A stretch of DNA of 64,000 nucleotides from Shigella phage Sf21, in the sequence record MF327007; one strand, given 5' to 3'. A program made the translations under genes and the position numbers. Positions within the stretch are counted from its first letter, which is position 1. Every line of letters begins with the position of its first letter. Below the pieces are notes generated by a model that saw only the letters and a program-made list of their open reading frames with translations, had not been told where the DNA came from and did no database searches. Below, piece by piece: positions 18,900 to 37,660 of the stretch.

Positions 18900-19896
18900 T
18901 TCAAGTGTTATCTATCGTGCGATAGTTACTTCAAAATTTAGAACAGAAAAAATGTTGAATTTTTATAATTCAATTGGAAGTGGTCCGGATAAAAACACTA
19001 TCTTTATCACATTTGGAAGATCAGAACCGTGGTCATCAAATGAAAATGAGGTGGGCTTTGCCCCACCTTATCCAACCGATTCTGTATTAGGCGTAACTGA
19101 CATGTGGACGCATATGATGGGAACAGTAAAGGTTCTTCCATCAATGCTTGATGCGGTTATTCCTCGTAGAGATTGGGGAGATACTAGATATCCGGATCCA
19201 TACACATTTAGAATTAACGATATTGTAGTATGTAACTCAGCTCCTTACAATGCTACTGAATCAGGCGCAGGATGGCTAGTATATCGTTGTTTAGATGTTC
19301 CTGATACTGGAATGTGTTCAATCGCATCTTTAACTGATAAGGATGAATGCCTTAAATTAGGTGGAAAATGGACACCTTCTGTTAGGTCAATGACTCCTCC
19401 TGAAGGTCGAGGAGACGCGGAAGGAACAATCGAACCTGGAGACGGATATGTTTGGGAATATCTTTTTGAGATTCCGCCTGATGTATCTATAAATAGATGC
19501 ACAAATGAATATATCGTAGTTCCTTGGCCTGAGGAATTAAAAGAAGACCCAACTAGATGGGGGTATGAAGATAATCTCACTTGGCAACAAGATGATTTTG
19601 GATTAATTTATCGCGTTAAGGCAAACACTATACGTTTTAAAGCATATTTAGATTCAGTTTACTTTCCTGATGCTGCATTACCGGGAAATAAAGGATTTAG
19701 ACAAATATCAATAATCACCAATCCTCTTGAAGCTAAAGTTCATCCAAATGACCCAAACGTTAAAGCTGAAAAGGATTATTATGATCCGGAAGATTTAATG
19801 AGGCATTCGGGCGAAATGATTTATATGGAAAATAGGCCACCTATTATCATGGCAATGGATCAGACAGAAGAAATCAATATTCTGTTTACATTTTAA
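18892..19896 (+). CDS. 8: baseplate wedge protein gp8
   Basis: 334 aa, T4 gp8 length; followed by terminator hairpin. Confidence 0.95.
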   Translation: MNDSSVIYRAIVTSKFRTEKMLNFYNSIGSGPDKNTIFITFGRSEPWSSNENEVGFAPPYPTDSVLGVTDMWTHMMGTVKVLPSMLDAVIPRRDWGDTRYPDPYTFRINDIVVCNSAPYNATESGAGWLVYRCLDVPDTGMCSIASLTDKDECLKLGGKWTPSVRSMTPPEGRGDAEGTIEPGDGYVWEYLFEIPPDVSINRCTNEYIVVPWPEELKEDPTRWGYEDNLTWQQDDFGLIYRVKANTIRFKAYLDSVYFPDAALPGNKGFRQISIITNPLEAKVHPNDPNVKAEKDYYDPEDLMRHSGEMIYMENRPPIIMAMDQTEEINILFTF

Positions 19897-19900
19897 ATTA

Positions 19901-19920
19901 AGGGAGCCCATGGGCTCCCT
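19901..19920 (+). terminator. intrinsic terminator after gene 8
   Basis: AGGGAGCCCATGGGCTCCCT followed by TTTTCTTT. Confidence 0.8.
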
Positions 19921-19927
19921 TTTTCTT

Positions 19928-19935
19928 TATAAATA
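19928..19935 (+). promoter_or_regulatory. T4 late promoter core TATAAATA (gene 9)
   Basis: exact TATAAATA 25 nt upstream of gene 9 ATG, after terminator hairpin. Confidence 0.75.
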
Positions 19936-19959
19936 CTATAAACTCATAAGGAAACCGCT

Positions 19960-20826
19960 ATGTTCATTCAAGAACCAAAGAAATTGATTGATACCGGCGA
20001 AATTGGTAACGCTTCTACTGGTGATATCTTATTCGACGGTGGTAATAAAATTAATAGTGATTTTAACGCAATTTATAATGCGTTTGGCGATCAGCGTAAA
20101 ATGGCAGTAGCAAATGGCACTGGAGCAGATGGTCAAATTATCCATGCTACTGGATATTATCAAAAGCACTCTATCGCGGAGTACGCAACTCCAGTGAAAG
20201 TTGGCACTAGACATGATATTGATACCTCTACTGTAGGTGTTAAAGTTATTATTGAAAGAGGAGAACTTGGCGATTGTGTTGAATTCATTAACTCTAATGG
20301 ATCAATATCAGTTACTAATCCTTTAACGATTCAGGCTATTGATTCAATTAAAGGTGTTTCGGGTAATTTGGTAGTAACTAGCCCATATAGTAAAGTTACT
20401 TTACGTTGTATTTCATCTGATAATTCTACGTCAGTTTGGAATTATTCTATTGAAAGTATGTTTGGCCAAAAGGAATCACCGGCCGAAGGTACATGGAATA
20501 TTTCTACATCTGGGTCAGTTGACATTCCATTGTTTCATCGTACTGAATATAACATGGCTAAATTGTTAGTTACATGCCAATCAGTAGATGGAAGAAAAAT
20601 TAAAACGGCAGAAATAAATATTCTTGTAGATACTGTTAATTCAGCGGTCATTTCTTCTGAATATGCTGTCATGCGAGTTGGGAATGAAACTGAAGAAGAC
20701 GAAATCGCTAATATTGCATTTAGTATTAAAACAAATTATGTAACAGCGACTATAAGTTCTTCAACTGTCGGTATGAGAGCAGCAGTTAAAGTTATCGCTA
20801 CGCAGAAAATCGGGGTGGCTCAATAA
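19960..20826 (+). CDS. 9: baseplate protein gp9 (long tail fiber attachment)
   Basis: 288 aa; TATAAATA late promoter at 19928-19935. Confidence 0.95.
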   Translation: MFIQEPKKLIDTGEIGNASTGDILFDGGNKINSDFNAIYNAFGDQRKMAVANGTGADGQIIHATGYYQKHSIAEYATPVKVGTRHDIDTSTVGVKVIIERGELGDCVEFINSNGSISVTNPLTIQAIDSIKGVSGNLVVTSPYSKVTLRCISSDNSTSVWNYSIESMFGQKESPAEGTWNISTSGSVDIPLFHRTEYNMAKLLVTCQSVDGRKIKTAEINILVDTVNSAVISSEYAVMRVGNETEEDEIANIAFSIKTNYVTATISSSTVGMRAAVKVIATQKIGVAQ

Positions 20827-22631
20827 TGAAACAAAATATTAATATCGGTAATGTTGTTGATGATGGTACCGGTGACTACCTGCGTAAAGGTGGTATAAAA
20901 ATAAATGAAAACTTTGATGAACTTTATTATGAACTTGGCGATGGAGATGTTCCATATTCAGCCGGTGCCTGGAAAACTTATAATGCTTCATCCGGTCAAA
21001 CATTAAAAGCTAAGTGGGGAAAATCATACGCTATTAATACCTCTTCTGGAAGAGTAACTTTACAACTTCCTAAAGGAACTGTTAATGATTATAATAAAGT
21101 AATTAGAGCTAGGGATGTATTTGCAACATGGAACATTAATCCAGTTACTTTAGTAGCTGCTTCTGGGGATACAATTAAAGGGTCGTCATCGTCAGTTGAA
21201 ATTAATATTCAATTTAGTGATTTAGAGCTCGTTTATTGCGCTCCAGGACGTTGGGAGTATGTCAAAAACAAACAAATTGATAAAATTATTAGTTCAGATA
21301 TTAGTAATGTAGCTCGCAAAGAATTTTTAGTAGAAGTTCAAGGACAAACTGACTTTTTAGATGTTTTCCATGGAACTAGTTATAATGTCAATAACATCAG
21401 AGTAAAACACCGCGGTAACGAATTATATTACGGCGATGTATTTAGTGAAAACAGTGACTTTGGCTCTCCTGGGGAAAATGAAGGAGAATTAATTCCTCTT
21501 GATGGATTTAATATTAGGTTAAGACAGCCTTGTAATATTGGCGACACTGTTCAAATTGAAACGTTTATGGATGGTGTATCACAATGGAGAAGTTCATATA
21601 CAAGACGCCAAATAAAAGTGCTAGATTCAAAACTAACATCAAAGACTTCTTTAGAAGGAAGCATTTATGTTACTGATTTATCGGCGATGAAATCAATTCC
21701 ATTTTCAGCTTTTGGATTAATTCCTGGCGAACCCATTAATCCTAATTCTCTTGAGGTTCGTTTTAATGGAATTTTACAGCAACAGGCTGGAACAGCTGGG
21801 TATCCTCTGTTTTTGTGCGAAGGCGCTAATTCAGATACGCAAGAAGGATGTATATCTCTTGGTGGCGAATGGAAAGAATCAAACACAGATTATTCTATAG
21901 AATATGAAGATGGAAAACCTACCAGTCTTTTATTTGATAGAAAATTTGAATCAGGCGATATAATCGTTATAACGTGGTTCAATAATGATTTAGGAACTCT
22001 TTTAGAAAAAGATGACATCATTGAATTGACTGATGACCGTTATGTTAGCAAAGGATCGTCTACCGAAGTTACTGGCGATGTAGCCTTAACAGATTTTGAT
22101 AAAATTGGCTGGCCAAATGTTGAAAAAGTTGATTCTTATACTAGAACGTATAATTCAATATCATCTATTTTCGATAGCATTTATCCTGTAGGTTCAATTT
22201 ATGAAAATGCTATAAACCCAAATAATCCGGTGACTTATATGGGGTTTGGTTCGTGGAAATTATTTGGTAAAGGACAAGTTTTAGTAGGATGGAATGATGA
22301 TGTTACAGATCCAAACTTTGCATTAAACAATAATGATTTAGATTCTAGCGGAAATCCTTCACACACTGCCGGTGGAACAGTTGGAACAACGTCAGTAACG
22401 CTTGAAAATGCAAATCTTCCTGCGACTAAAACTGACGAAAGAGTTTTAATTGAAGATGAAAATGGATCAGTTATTATTGGAGGTTGTCAATATGACCCAG
22501 ATGAAACTGGTCCTATATATACAAAATATCGTGAAGACTATGCAACAACAAACTCTTCACATACTCCTCCTACTAATATTAGTAATATTCAACCGTCTAT
22601 TACTGTATACCGTTGGATAAGGATTGCATAA
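20826..22631 (+). CDS. 10: baseplate wedge protein gp10
   Basis: 601 aa; synteny. Confidence 0.95.
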   Translation: MKQNINIGNVVDDGTGDYLRKGGIKINENFDELYYELGDGDVPYSAGAWKTYNASSGQTLKAKWGKSYAINTSSGRVTLQLPKGTVNDYNKVIRARDVFATWNINPVTLVAASGDTIKGSSSSVEINIQFSDLELVYCAPGRWEYVKNKQIDKIISSDISNVARKEFLVEVQGQTDFLDVFHGTSYNVNNIRVKHRGNELYYGDVFSENSDFGSPGENEGELIPLDGFNIRLRQPCNIGDTVQIETFMDGVSQWRSSYTRRQIKVLDSKLTSKTSLEGSIYVTDLSAMKSIPFSAFGLIPGEPINPNSLEVRFNGILQQQAGTAGYPLFLCEGANSDTQEGCISLGGEWKESNTDYSIEYEDGKPTSLLFDRKFESGDIIVITWFNNDLGTLLEKDDIIELTDDRYVSKGSSTEVTGDVALTDFDKIGWPNVEKVDSYTRTYNSISSIFDSIYPVGSIYENAINPNNPVTYMGFGSWKLFGKGQVLVGWNDDVTDPNFALNNNDLDSSGNPSHTAGGTVGTTSVTLENANLPATKTDERVLIEDENGSVIIGGCQYDPDETGPIYTKYREDYATTNSSHTPPTNISNIQPSITVYRWIRIA

Positions 22632-23290
22632 TGAGTTTACTTAATAATAAAGCGGGAGTTATTTCCCGCTTAGCGGATTTTCTTGGTTTTAGAACTAAGA
22701 AAAATGATATTTCGATTATGAATAATCAGCCAGTAGGCGCTGTAACAATTTCACAAATATCAAAAGGTTTTTATGATTCAAATGTAGAATCTGCTATCAA
22801 TGACGTTAGAAATATGGCAGAGCAACCGGTTGGAGCTGTATTAGTTAATATAAGCGGCGTATCTCCTACTGGCGTGCAACAAACCGACTATTGGTCATTT
22901 GAAGGAACTGTTACTGATACTTCAGTCAAATCAGGTGACCCAGTTATTGTTAACATGTTTGGTATTCCAGTTAAAGCTACTAATGGAATGACTTCAATTG
23001 AATTTACTAGTGCCGTTAGAATAGCTCTACAGGAAATGGTTGTAAAATTTATTGCAATTGATTCATTTGAAGACCATCCTACCATAGGAAATAAAATACA
23101 AGTTAAGTATTTAGATAACCAAGAACATATCTTAGAACAATACTCTGATAAAGGAATTACTTTCAAACAGGAAATAATTTCTCCTTCTAAACCTGGGTAT
23201 GGAACTTGGCAATTATTAGGTGCGCAAACTGTTACGCTAGATAGTCACACACAACCTACAGTATTTTATTATTTTGAGAGAGTAGCATGA
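22631..23290 (+). CDS. 11: baseplate wedge protein gp11 (short tail fiber attachment)
   Basis: 219 aa from ATG at 22631 (TAATG overlap with gene 10 stop). Confidence 0.9.
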   Translation: MSLLNNKAGVISRLADFLGFRTKKNDISIMNNQPVGAVTISQISKGFYDSNVESAINDVRNMAEQPVGAVLVNISGVSPTGVQQTDYWSFEGTVTDTSVKSGDPVIVNMFGIPVKATNGMTSIEFTSAVRIALQEMVVKFIAIDSFEDHPTIGNKIQVKYLDNQEHILEQYSDKGITFKQEIISPSKPGYGTWQLLGAQTVTLDSHTQPTVFYYFERVA

Positions 23291-24837
23291 GTAACAATAC
23301 ATATCAGCACGTATCAAATGAATCAAAATATGTTAAATTCGATCCTACTGGATCGAATTTTCCTGGCACTGTTACGACAGTACAGTCTGCATTATCAAAA
23401 ATAAGTAATATCGGCGTAAATGGTATTCCTGATGCAACTATGGAAGTTAAAGGAATAGCAATGATTGCGTCAGAACAAGAGGTTTTAGATGGAACTAATA
23501 ACTCTAAAATCGTTACACCAGCTACATTAGCAACAAGATTATTGTATCCAAATGCTACTGAAACTAAATATGGTTTAACGCGTTATTCAACAAATGAAGA
23601 AACATTAAAAGGCTCAGATAATAATTCATCAATAACACCACAAAAACTGAAATACCACACTGACGATGTGTTCAAAAATAGATATTCGTCTGAGTCATCA
23701 AACGGGGTTATTAAAATATCATCTACACCTGCAGCTTTGGCTGGAGTTGATGATACTACTGCGATGACTCCGCTAAAAACCCAAAAACTTGCAATAAAAT
23801 TAATTTCGCAAATAGCTCCTTCAGAAGACACTGCAACAGAATCGGTGAGAGGAGTAGTTCAATTATCTACTGTTGCACAAATTCGTCAAGGAACTCTCCG
23901 CGAAGGATATGCAATTTCCCCGTATACCTTTATGAATTCTGTTGCAACACATGAATATAAGGGTGTTATACGCCTAGGAACGCAGACTGAAATTAATAAT
24001 AATTTGGGTGGTGTTGCAGTAACAGGTGAAACACTAAATGGTCGAGGAGCTACCGGTTCTATGCGTGGAGTAGTTAAATTAACGACGCAAGCCGGTATTG
24101 CCCCTGAAGGTGATAGCTCTGGAGCATTAGCATGGAACGCAGATGTAATTAATACTCGTGGTGGACAAACTATTAATGGTTCTTTAAATTTAGACCATCT
24201 TACAGCAAATGGAATTTGGTCACGCGGTGGAATGTGGAAAAATGGCGATCAACCTGTTGCCACTGAAAGATATGCGTCCGAACGAGTTCCGGTTGGAACT
24301 ATTATGATGTTTGCGGGTGATTCAGCACCTCCAGGTTGGATTATGTGTCATGGTGGAACCGTGTCAGGTGACCAATTTCCTGATTATAGAAACGTAGTTG
24401 GAACAAGATTTGGTGGCGATTGGAATAATCCTGGCGTTCCTGATATGCGGGGTCTTTTCGTCAGAGGAGCCGGCACAGGCGGTCATATTTTAAATCAACG
24501 TGGACAAGATGGCTATGGAAAGGATAGACTGGGCGTAGGATGTGACGGAATGCATGTTGGTGGTGTTCAGGCACAACAAATGTCATACCATAAACATGCT
24601 GGTGGTTGGGGTGAATATAACAGAAGTGAAGGCCCATTTGGCGCGTCAGTTTATCAAGGATATCTTGGAACTAGAAAATATTCCGACTGGGATAATGCTT
24701 CATACTTCACTAATGATGGATTTGAATTAGGTGGACCGAGAGATGCTCATGGTACACTTAATCGTGAAGGATTAATTGGTTATGAAACTAGACCATGGAA
24801 TATATCATTAAACTATATTATTAAAGTTCATTACTAA
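23287..24837 (+). CDS. 12: short tail fiber protein gp12
   Basis: 516 aa; synteny between 11 and wac. Confidence 0.9.
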   Translation: MSNNTYQHVSNESKYVKFDPTGSNFPGTVTTVQSALSKISNIGVNGIPDATMEVKGIAMIASEQEVLDGTNNSKIVTPATLATRLLYPNATETKYGLTRYSTNEETLKGSDNNSSITPQKLKYHTDDVFKNRYSSESSNGVIKISSTPAALAGVDDTTAMTPLKTQKLAIKLISQIAPSEDTATESVRGVVQLSTVAQIRQGTLREGYAISPYTFMNSVATHEYKGVIRLGTQTEINNNLGGVAVTGETLNGRGATGSMRGVVKLTTQAGIAPEGDSSGALAWNADVINTRGGQTINGSLNLDHLTANGIWSRGGMWKNGDQPVATERYASERVPVGTIMMFAGDSAPPGWIMCHGGTVSGDQFPDYRNVVGTRFGGDWNNPGVPDMRGLFVRGAGTGGHILNQRGQDGYGKDRLGVGCDGMHVGGVQAQQMSYHKHAGGWGEYNRSEGPFGASVYQGYLGTRKYSDWDNASYFTNDGFELGGPRDAHGTLNREGLIGYETRPWNISLNYIIKVHY

Positions 24838-24846
24838 GGATTACAA

Positions 24847-26304
24847 ATGATTGAATTAAAAGAGTTACCTTTTGTTGATAGCGTTCCTGACGAAGGTCAG
24901 GAACGTATTTCATGGATTAAAAATGGTGAAGAAATATTAGGAGCTAGTACTAAGTATGGAAATGATGGATCAATGAATAGACCAATTGTTTCCGTGTTTA
25001 AAAACGTCGAAGTTCTTGATGAAAATGTGGGAATTCTTAAAACTGCCATTGAAACATCACAGAAAGATATTAAAACAATTCAAGGAGTTTTAGATGTATC
25101 AGGAGATATAGAAGCACTATCGCAGATCAGTGTTAATAAAAATGACATATCGAATTTAAAGACACTTACCAGTGAACACACTGATATATTAACTGGAACC
25201 AATAATACAGTTGACAAAATTATTGCTGATATAGGTCCATTTAATGATGAAGAAAACTCTGTTTATAGAACAATTAGAAATGATTTATTGTGGATTAAAC
25301 AGGAATTAGGACAATATTCTGGCCAAGACATTAACGGTCTTCCTGTTGTTGGTAATGCTAGCACAGGAATGAAACACAGAATAATAACAAATAGTACATT
25401 ATTATCTTCACAGGGCATTCGTTTAAGCGAATTAGAAAATAAATTTACTGAATCTGACGTAGGATCATTAACTGTTGAAGTTGGTAAATTACGTGATGAA
25501 CTTGGTAATAAACCGGTAGATTTTGGACCAAATATTTATAATAGATTAAACACTATAGATGATAAACAAACTTTAATAAATTCTGATATAGCAGAAATTA
25601 AATCTTCTATTGGATACCCAGAAAATGTTTCTATAATAACAGAAATTAATAATAACAAAAGTAGCATTGAAGCTATTAATAATGAATTAAATCAGAGTGA
25701 AGGTGTTAAACAACGCTTAACGGCTATTGAAACTTCTATAGGTTCAGATGATATTCCTTCTAGCATTAAAGGAAAAATTAAAAATCACACAACTTCTATT
25801 GAGTCTTTAAACGGAATTGTTGGTGAAAACACTTCGTCTGGTTTAAGAGCGAATGTTTCGTGGTTAAATCAAATTGTTGGAACTGACTCCAGCGGAGGAC
25901 AACCGTCTCCTTCTGGATCTCTATTAAATAAAGTTTCAGTGCTTGAAGGAGAAGTTTCAGTTTTAAACAATAATGTTCAAAATATACAAGTTGAAATAGG
26001 AAATAATAGAACAGGAATTAAAGGTCAAGTTATTGAACTTACTTCACTTATAAATGGAAATAATCCTGACGGATCAACTGTTGAAGAACGAGGATTAACT
26101 AATTCTGTAAAAACGAATGAAACCAACATTGCGGCAGTCACACATGAAGTAAATACAGCTAAAGACAATATATCCTCTTTACAGAGCAGCGTTCAAGCTC
26201 TACAAGAAGCAGGTTATATTCCTGAAGCTCCAAAAGATGGCCAAGCTTACGTTCGTAAAGACGGCGAATGGGTACTACTTTCTACCTTTTTATCACCAGC
26301 ATAA
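24847..26304 (+). CDS. wac: fibritin (whisker antigen control, wac)
   Basis: 485 aa coiled-coil; C-terminal foldon [27 protein letters not shown]. Confidence 0.97.
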   Translation: MIELKELPFVDSVPDEGQERISWIKNGEEILGASTKYGNDGSMNRPIVSVFKNVEVLDENVGILKTAIETSQKDIKTIQGVLDVSGDIEALSQISVNKNDISNLKTLTSEHTDILTGTNNTVDKIIADIGPFNDEENSVYRTIRNDLLWIKQELGQYSGQDINGLPVVGNASTGMKHRIITNSTLLSSQGIRLSELENKFTESDVGSLTVEVGKLRDELGNKPVDFGPNIYNRLNTIDDKQTLINSDIAEIKSSIGYPENVSIITEINNNKSSIEAINNELNQSEGVKQRLTAIETSIGSDDIPSSIKGKIKNHTTSIESLNGIVGENTSSGLRANVSWLNQIVGTDSSGGQPSPSGSLLNKVSVLEGEVSVLNNNVQNIQVEIGNNRTGIKGQVIELTSLINGNNPDGSTVEERGLTNSVKTNETNIAAVTHEVNTAKDNISSLQSSVQALQEAGYIPEAPKDGQAYVRKDGEWVLLSTFLSPA

Positions 26305-26308
26305 CATG

Positions 26309-26324
26309 GGGGCCGCAAGGCCCC
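26309..26324 (+). terminator. GNRA-tetraloop hairpin after wac
   Basis: GGGGCC-GCAA-GGCCCC right after wac stop; no clear U-run. Confidence 0.5.
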
Positions 26325-26336
26325 AAAGGATTTTAA

Positions 26337-28038
<1,702 letters not shown>

Positions 28039-28079
28039 TAAATATTATAAACTAATTAAAGCCCAGATTAGGAGAAATC

Positions 28080-31217
<3,138 letters not shown>

Positions 31218-31248
31218 ATATATTAAAGCATATTAAAGAGGATTAAAA

Positions 31249-33228
31249 ATGACTTTATTATCTCCGGGCATTGAGCTCAAAGAAACTACGGTTCAAAGCA
31301 CCGTGGTTAATAACTCTACTGGTACAGCAGCTTTGGCCGGTAAATTCCAGTGGGGTCCTGCTTTTCAGATTAAACAGGTTACAAACGAAGTAGATTTAGT
31401 TAATACTTTTGGTCAACCTACAGCTGAAACTGCTGACTATTTTATGTCTGCAATGAATTTCTTACAATATGGAAATGATTTGCGAGTTGTGCGCGCTGTC
31501 GATAGAGATACCGCTAAAAACTCATCTCCGATTGCTGGTAATATTGAATACACAATTTCTACCCCAGGTAGTAACTACGCGGTTGGAGATAAAATCACGG
31601 TCAAATATGTTTCAGAAGATGTTGAAACAGAAGGTAAAATTACCGAAGTAGATGCTGATGGAAAAATTAAGAAAATTAATATTCCTACTGCAAAAATTAT
31701 TGCTAAAGCTAAAGAAGTTGGCGAATACCCAACATTAGGTTCTAACTGGACTGCAGAAATTTCTTCATCTTCTTCCGGTTTAGCTGCAGTAATAACTCTT
31801 GGAAAAATTATTACTGATTCCGGTATTTTATTAGCTGAAATCGAGAGCGCTGAAACTGCTATGACAGCAGTTGATTTTCAGGCAAATCTTGAAAAATATG
31901 GAATTCCAGGAGTAGTAGCTCTCTATCCAGGCGAATTAGGCGATAAAATTGAAATTGAAATCGTATCTAAAGCTGACTATGCGAAAGGCGCTTCTGCATT
32001 ACTGCCAATTTATCCAGGTGGTGGTACTCGTGCATCTACTGCCAAGGCAGTATTTGGATATGGGCCGCAGACTGACTCACAGTACGCTATTATAGTTCGT
32101 CGAAATGATGCTATTGTTCAAAGCGTTGTTCTTTCAACTAAGCGTGGTGAAAAAGATATTTACGATAGTAACATCTATATTGATGACTTTTTCGCAAAAG
32201 GTGGTTCAGAATATATTTTCGCAACTGCGCAAAACTGGCCAGAAGGCTTCTCTGGAATTTTAACTCTGTCTGGTGGATTATCATCAAATGCTGAAGTAAC
32301 AGCAGGAGATTTGATGGAAGCTTGGGACTTCTTTGCTGACCGCGAATCTGTTGACGTTCAGTTGTTTATTGCGGGTTCTTGTGCCGGTGAATCTCTTGAA
32401 ACAGCATCTACTGTCCAAAAACATGTTGTTTCAATTGGTGATGCTCGTCAAGATTGCTTAGTATTGTGCTCACCTCCGCGTGAAACTGTAGTTGGAATTC
32501 CTGTAACTCGTGCAGTAGATAATTTAGTTAACTGGAGAACTGCAGCAGGTTCATACACTGATAATAACTTTAATATCAGTTCAACCTACGCAGCAATTGA
32601 TGGTAACTACAAATATCAGTATGACAAATATAATGATGTGAATCGTTGGGTTCCATTAGCAGCTGATATTGCTGGTTTATGCGCAAGAACTGATAACGTA
32701 TCTCAGACTTGGATGTCTCCAGCTGGTTATAATCGTGGCCAGATTCTTAACGTTATTAAACTTGCTATTGAAACTCGCCAAGCTCAGCGCGACCGTTTAT
32801 ACCAAGAAGCTATTAATCCAGTAACTGGTACAGGTGGCGATGGTTACGTATTGTATGGTGATAAAACAGCTACTTCTGTTCCTTCTCCATTTGATCGTAT
32901 TAACGTTCGTCGTCTGTTTAATATGTTGAAAACGAATATCGGACGTAGTTCAAAATATCGTTTGTTCGAATTAAACAACGCGTTTACTCGTTCATCATTC
33001 CGCACAGAAACTGCCCAATACTTACAGGGAATTAAAGCTCTCGGTGGAATTTATGAATATCGTGTAGTTTGCGATACAACAAATAACACTCCGTCAGTAA
33101 TTGATAGAAATGAGTTTGTTGCAACATTCTACATTCAACCGGCTAGAAGCATTAACTACATTACCTTGAACTTCGTAGCAACTGCTACTGGTGCAGATTT
33201 CGATGAGTTAACTGGTCTTGCTGGTTAA
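31249..33228 (+). CDS. 18: tail sheath protein gp18
   Basis: 659 aa; synteny. Confidence 0.97.
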   Translation: MTLLSPGIELKETTVQSTVVNNSTGTAALAGKFQWGPAFQIKQVTNEVDLVNTFGQPTAETADYFMSAMNFLQYGNDLRVVRAVDRDTAKNSSPIAGNIEYTISTPGSNYAVGDKITVKYVSEDVETEGKITEVDADGKIKKINIPTAKIIAKAKEVGEYPTLGSNWTAEISSSSSGLAAVITLGKIITDSGILLAEIESAETAMTAVDFQANLEKYGIPGVVALYPGELGDKIEIEIVSKADYAKGASALLPIYPGGGTRASTAKAVFGYGPQTDSQYAIIVRRNDAIVQSVVLSTKRGEKDIYDSNIYIDDFFAKGGSEYIFATAQNWPEGFSGILTLSGGLSSNAEVTAGDLMEAWDFFADRESVDVQLFIAGSCAGESLETASTVQKHVVSIGDARQDCLVLCSPPRETVVGIPVTRAVDNLVNWRTAAGSYTDNNFNISSTYAAIDGNYKYQYDKYNDVNRWVPLAADIAGLCARTDNVSQTWMSPAGYNRGQILNVIKLAIETRQAQRDRLYQEAINPVTGTGGDGYVLYGDKTATSVPSPFDRINVRRLFNMLKTNIGRSSKYRLFELNNAFTRSSFRTETAQYLQGIKALGGIYEYRVVCDTTNNTPSVIDRNEFVATFYIQPARSINYITLNFVATATGADFDELTGLAG

Positions 33229-33244
33229 TACGGTGCATTCTAAA

Positions 33245-33262
33245 GGCCTGTTTCGGCAGGCC
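33245..33262 (+). terminator. hairpin after gene 18
   Basis: GGCCTG-TTTCGG-CAGGCC after gene 18 stop. Confidence 0.5.
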
Positions 33263-33263
33263 A

Positions 33264-33271
33264 TATAAATA
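33264..33271 (+). promoter_or_regulatory. T4 late promoter core TATAAATA
   Basis: exact TATAAATA directly after gene 18 terminator hairpin. Confidence 0.65.
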
Positions 33272-33322
33272 CACTATATCCTTAATTCTTTAATTCTATA
33301 TGCCCTAGGTTAAACATAGGGA

Positions 33323-33330
33323 TATAAATA
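33323..33330 (+). promoter_or_regulatory. T4 late promoter core TATAAATA (gene 19)
   Basis: exact TATAAATA 15 nt upstream of gene 19 ATG. Confidence 0.75.
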
Positions 33331-33344
33331 CTACAGAGGCTAAT

Positions 33345-33836
33345 ATGTTTGTAGATGATGTAACACGAGCGTTTGAATCTGGTGATTTTGCTCGACCTAA
33401 CTTATTCCAAGTAGAAATTTCTTATCTTGGACAAAATTTTACGTTTCAATGTAAAGCCACTGCTTTACCAGCTGGTATTGTAGAAAAAATTCCAGTCGGA
33501 TTTATGAACCGTAAAATTAACGTAGCAGGCGATCGTACATTCGATGACTGGACTGTTACAGTAATGAACGATGAGGCACATGATGCTCGCCAGAAGTTTG
33601 TTGATTGGCAAAGCATTGCTGCGGGACAAGGAAACGAAATTACTGGTGGAAAACCTGCAGAGTATAAAAAGAGCGCTATCGTTCGTCAATATGCTCGTGA
33701 CGCTAAAACAGTAACAAAAGAAATTGAAATTAAAGGTCTGTGGCCTACTAACGTGGGTGAACTTCAATTAGATTGGGATTCAAACAACGAAATCCAAACA
33801 TTTGAAGTAACTCTTGCTCTCGATTATTGGGAATAA
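33345..33836 (+). CDS. 19: tail tube protein gp19
   Basis: 163 aa; two TATAAATA late promoters upstream. Confidence 0.97.
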   Translation: MFVDDVTRAFESGDFARPNLFQVEISYLGQNFTFQCKATALPAGIVEKIPVGFMNRKINVAGDRTFDDWTVTVMNDEAHDARQKFVDWQSIAAGQGNEITGGKPAEYKKSAIVRQYARDAKTVTKEIEIKGLWPTNVGELQLDWDSNNEIQTFEVTLALDYWE

Positions 33837-33842
33837 AATGAA

Positions 33843-33858
33843 TGGGGAGAAATCCCCA
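33843..33858 (+). terminator. GAAA-tetraloop hairpin after gene 19
   Basis: TGGGGA-GAAA-TCCCCA after gene 19 stop. Confidence 0.5.
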
Positions 33859-33868
33859 TCCTGCTTAA

Positions 33869-35493
<1,625 letters not shown>

Positions 35494-35494
<1 letters not shown>

Positions 35495-35739
35495 TGGAAG
35501 GTTTAATTGAAGCTATTAAATCAAACGACCTCGTAGCCGCTCGTAAATTATTTGCTGAAGCCATGGCTGCAAGAACGATTGATTTAATTAAAGAAGAAAA
35601 AATCGCTATCGCTCGTAATTTCTTAATCGAAGGTGAAGAACCTGAAGACGAGGATGAAGATGAAGATGATGACAAAGATAGCGATGATAAAGACGACAAA
35701 AAAGACAAAGACTCTGACGAAGACGAGGATGATGAATAA
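35494..35739 (+). CDS. 67: prohead core protein gp67
   Basis: 81 aa with highly acidic C-terminal tail; synteny. Confidence 0.9.
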
Positions 35740-36164
35740 TGCTTCTGATCCCTGAAACTCATGAATTAGTTCTCGAGAATGTCGAAGCACTTATTCCTGA
35801 AGCACAGGGTCGCTTTGACGAATTGTCTTCTGCTTTAAATAAAGACGATATAAATACAATTGTCGAGAATATGCTTGATGATGAAACTGATTTAGCGGTT
35901 GCATTAGCTTCTATTAATGAAAATATGCCGTTAAATGAATTCATCGTTAAACATGTTTCTGCCCGTGGTGAAATTACTCGCACTAAAGATCGCAAAACCC
36001 GCGAACGAAATGCATTTCAAACCACTGGGTTATCTAAAGCAAAACGTAGACAAATTGCTCGTAAAGCTACCAAAACGAAGATTGCCAATCCAGCAGGTCA
36101 ATCTCGTGCTCAGCGTAAGCGTAAAAAAGCTCTTAAACGCCGTAAAGCATTAGGATTAAGCTAA
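35739..36164 (+). CDS. 68: prohead core protein gp68
   Basis: 141 aa; synteny. Confidence 0.9.
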
Positions 36165-36802
36165 TGAATGAACCCCAATTACTAATTGAAACTTGGGGTC
36201 AACCTGGCGAAATTATTGATGGCGTACCAATGCTTGAATCTCATGATGGAAAAGACTTAGGTTTAAAACCGGGTTTATACATCGAAGGAATATTCATGCA
36301 AGCAGAAGTCGTCAATAGAAATAAACGTCTTTATCCAAAACGCATATTAGAAAAAGCGGTAAAAGACTATATCAATGAGCAAGTTTTAACTAAACAAGCT
36401 CTCGGAGAATTAAATCATCCTCCACGCGCTAATGTTGACCCGATGCAAGCCGCTATCATTATAGAAGATATGTGGTGGAAAGGAAATGACGTATACGGAC
36501 GAGCTCGTGTTATTGAAGGTGACCATGGTCCTGGAGATAAATTAGCAGCTAATATTCGTGCCGGATGGATTCCAGGAGTTTCTTCTCGTGGATTAGGTTC
36601 ATTGACTGACACAAATAAAGGTTATCGTATCGTAAACGAAGGATTCAAATTAACTGTAGGTGTTGATGCAGTATGGGGCCCAAGTGCTCCAGATGCATGG
36701 GTAACTCCTAAGGAAATTACCGAATCACAGACGGCGGAAGCCGATACAAGTGCCGATGACGCCTATATGGCTCTCGCAGAGGCCATGAAAAAAGCGTTAT
36801 AA
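36164..36802 (+). CDS. 21: prohead core protease gp21
   Basis: 212 aa; synteny. Confidence 0.95.
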   Translation: MNEPQLLIETWGQPGEIIDGVPMLESHDGKDLGLKPGLYIEGIFMQAEVVNRNKRLYPKRILEKAVKDYINEQVLTKQALGELNHPPRANVDPMQAAIIIEDMWWKGNDVYGRARVIEGDHGPGDKLAANIRAGWIPGVSSRGLGSLTDTNKGYRIVNEGFKLTVGVDAVWGPSAPDAWVTPKEITESQTAEADTSADDAYMALAEAMKKAL

Positions 36803-36832
36803 ATATTATTATCTAAACAACAGGACTACAAA

Positions 36833-37642
36833 ATGCTTAAAGAACAACTGATTGCTGAAGCGCAAAAAATTGATGCTTCCGTTGCTCTTGATAGTATTTT
36901 CGAATCAGTTAATATTTCTCCGGAAGCAAAAGAAACTTTCGGCACTGTATTCGAAGCTACCGTCAAGCAGCATGCCGTTAAATTAGCTGAATCTCATATC
37001 GCTAAAATTGCTGAAAAAGCAGAAGAAGAAGTAGAAAAAAATAAAGAAGAAGCCGAAGAAAAAGCTGAGAAGAAAATCGCTGAGCAAGCTTCTAAATTCA
37101 TCGACCATCTTGCGAAAGAATGGCTCGCTGAAAATAAATTAGCAGTTGATAAAGGCATCAAAGCCGAACTGTTTGAATCCATGCTTGGTGGATTAAAAGA
37201 GCTCTTTGTTGAACACAACGTTGTTGTTCCAGAAGAATCAGTTGATGTTGTAGCTGAAATGGAAGAAGAGCTGCAAGAACATAAAGAAGAATCAGCTCGT
37301 CTGTTCGAAGAACTCAATAAGCGTGACGCATATATCAATTATGTGCAGCGTGAAGTGGCATTGAGCGAAAGTACTAAAGATCTGACTGAGTCTCAAAAAG
37401 AAAAAGTCTCTGCTCTGGTCGAAGGTATGGATTATTCAGATGCATTCTCAAGTAAATTGAGTGCCATCGTAGAAATGGTGAAGAAGTCTAATAAAGATGA
37501 AAGCACTATTACTGAGAGTATAAATACTCCTGATACTGAAGCAGCCGGACTGAATTTCGTCACTGAAGCTGTAGAAGATAAAACTGCACCTGGTGCAGAA
37601 GATATTGTAAGTGTATATGCGAAAGTCGCATCTCGTTTCTAA
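36833..37642 (+). CDS. 22: prohead core scaffold protein gp22
   Basis: 269 aa, acidic coiled-coil; synteny. Confidence 0.95.
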   Translation: MLKEQLIAEAQKIDASVALDSIFESVNISPEAKETFGTVFEATVKQHAVKLAESHIAKIAEKAEEEVEKNKEEAEEKAEKKIAEQASKFIDHLAKEWLAENKLAVDKGIKAELFESMLGGLKELFVEHNVVVPEESVDVVAEMEEELQEHKEESARLFEELNKRDAYINYVQREVALSESTKDLTESQKEKVSALVEGMDYSDAFSSKLSAIVEMVKKSNKDESTITESINTPDTEAAGLNFVTEAVEDKTAPGAEDIVSVYAKVASRF

Positions 37643-37660
37643 TTTTAAAGGTTAACACAA

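Noticed and set aside
36994-37338. 114-aa Ser-rich minus-strand ORF
   Set aside because: Antisense of the scaffold gene 22 coiled-coil region; the sense gene is well supported.
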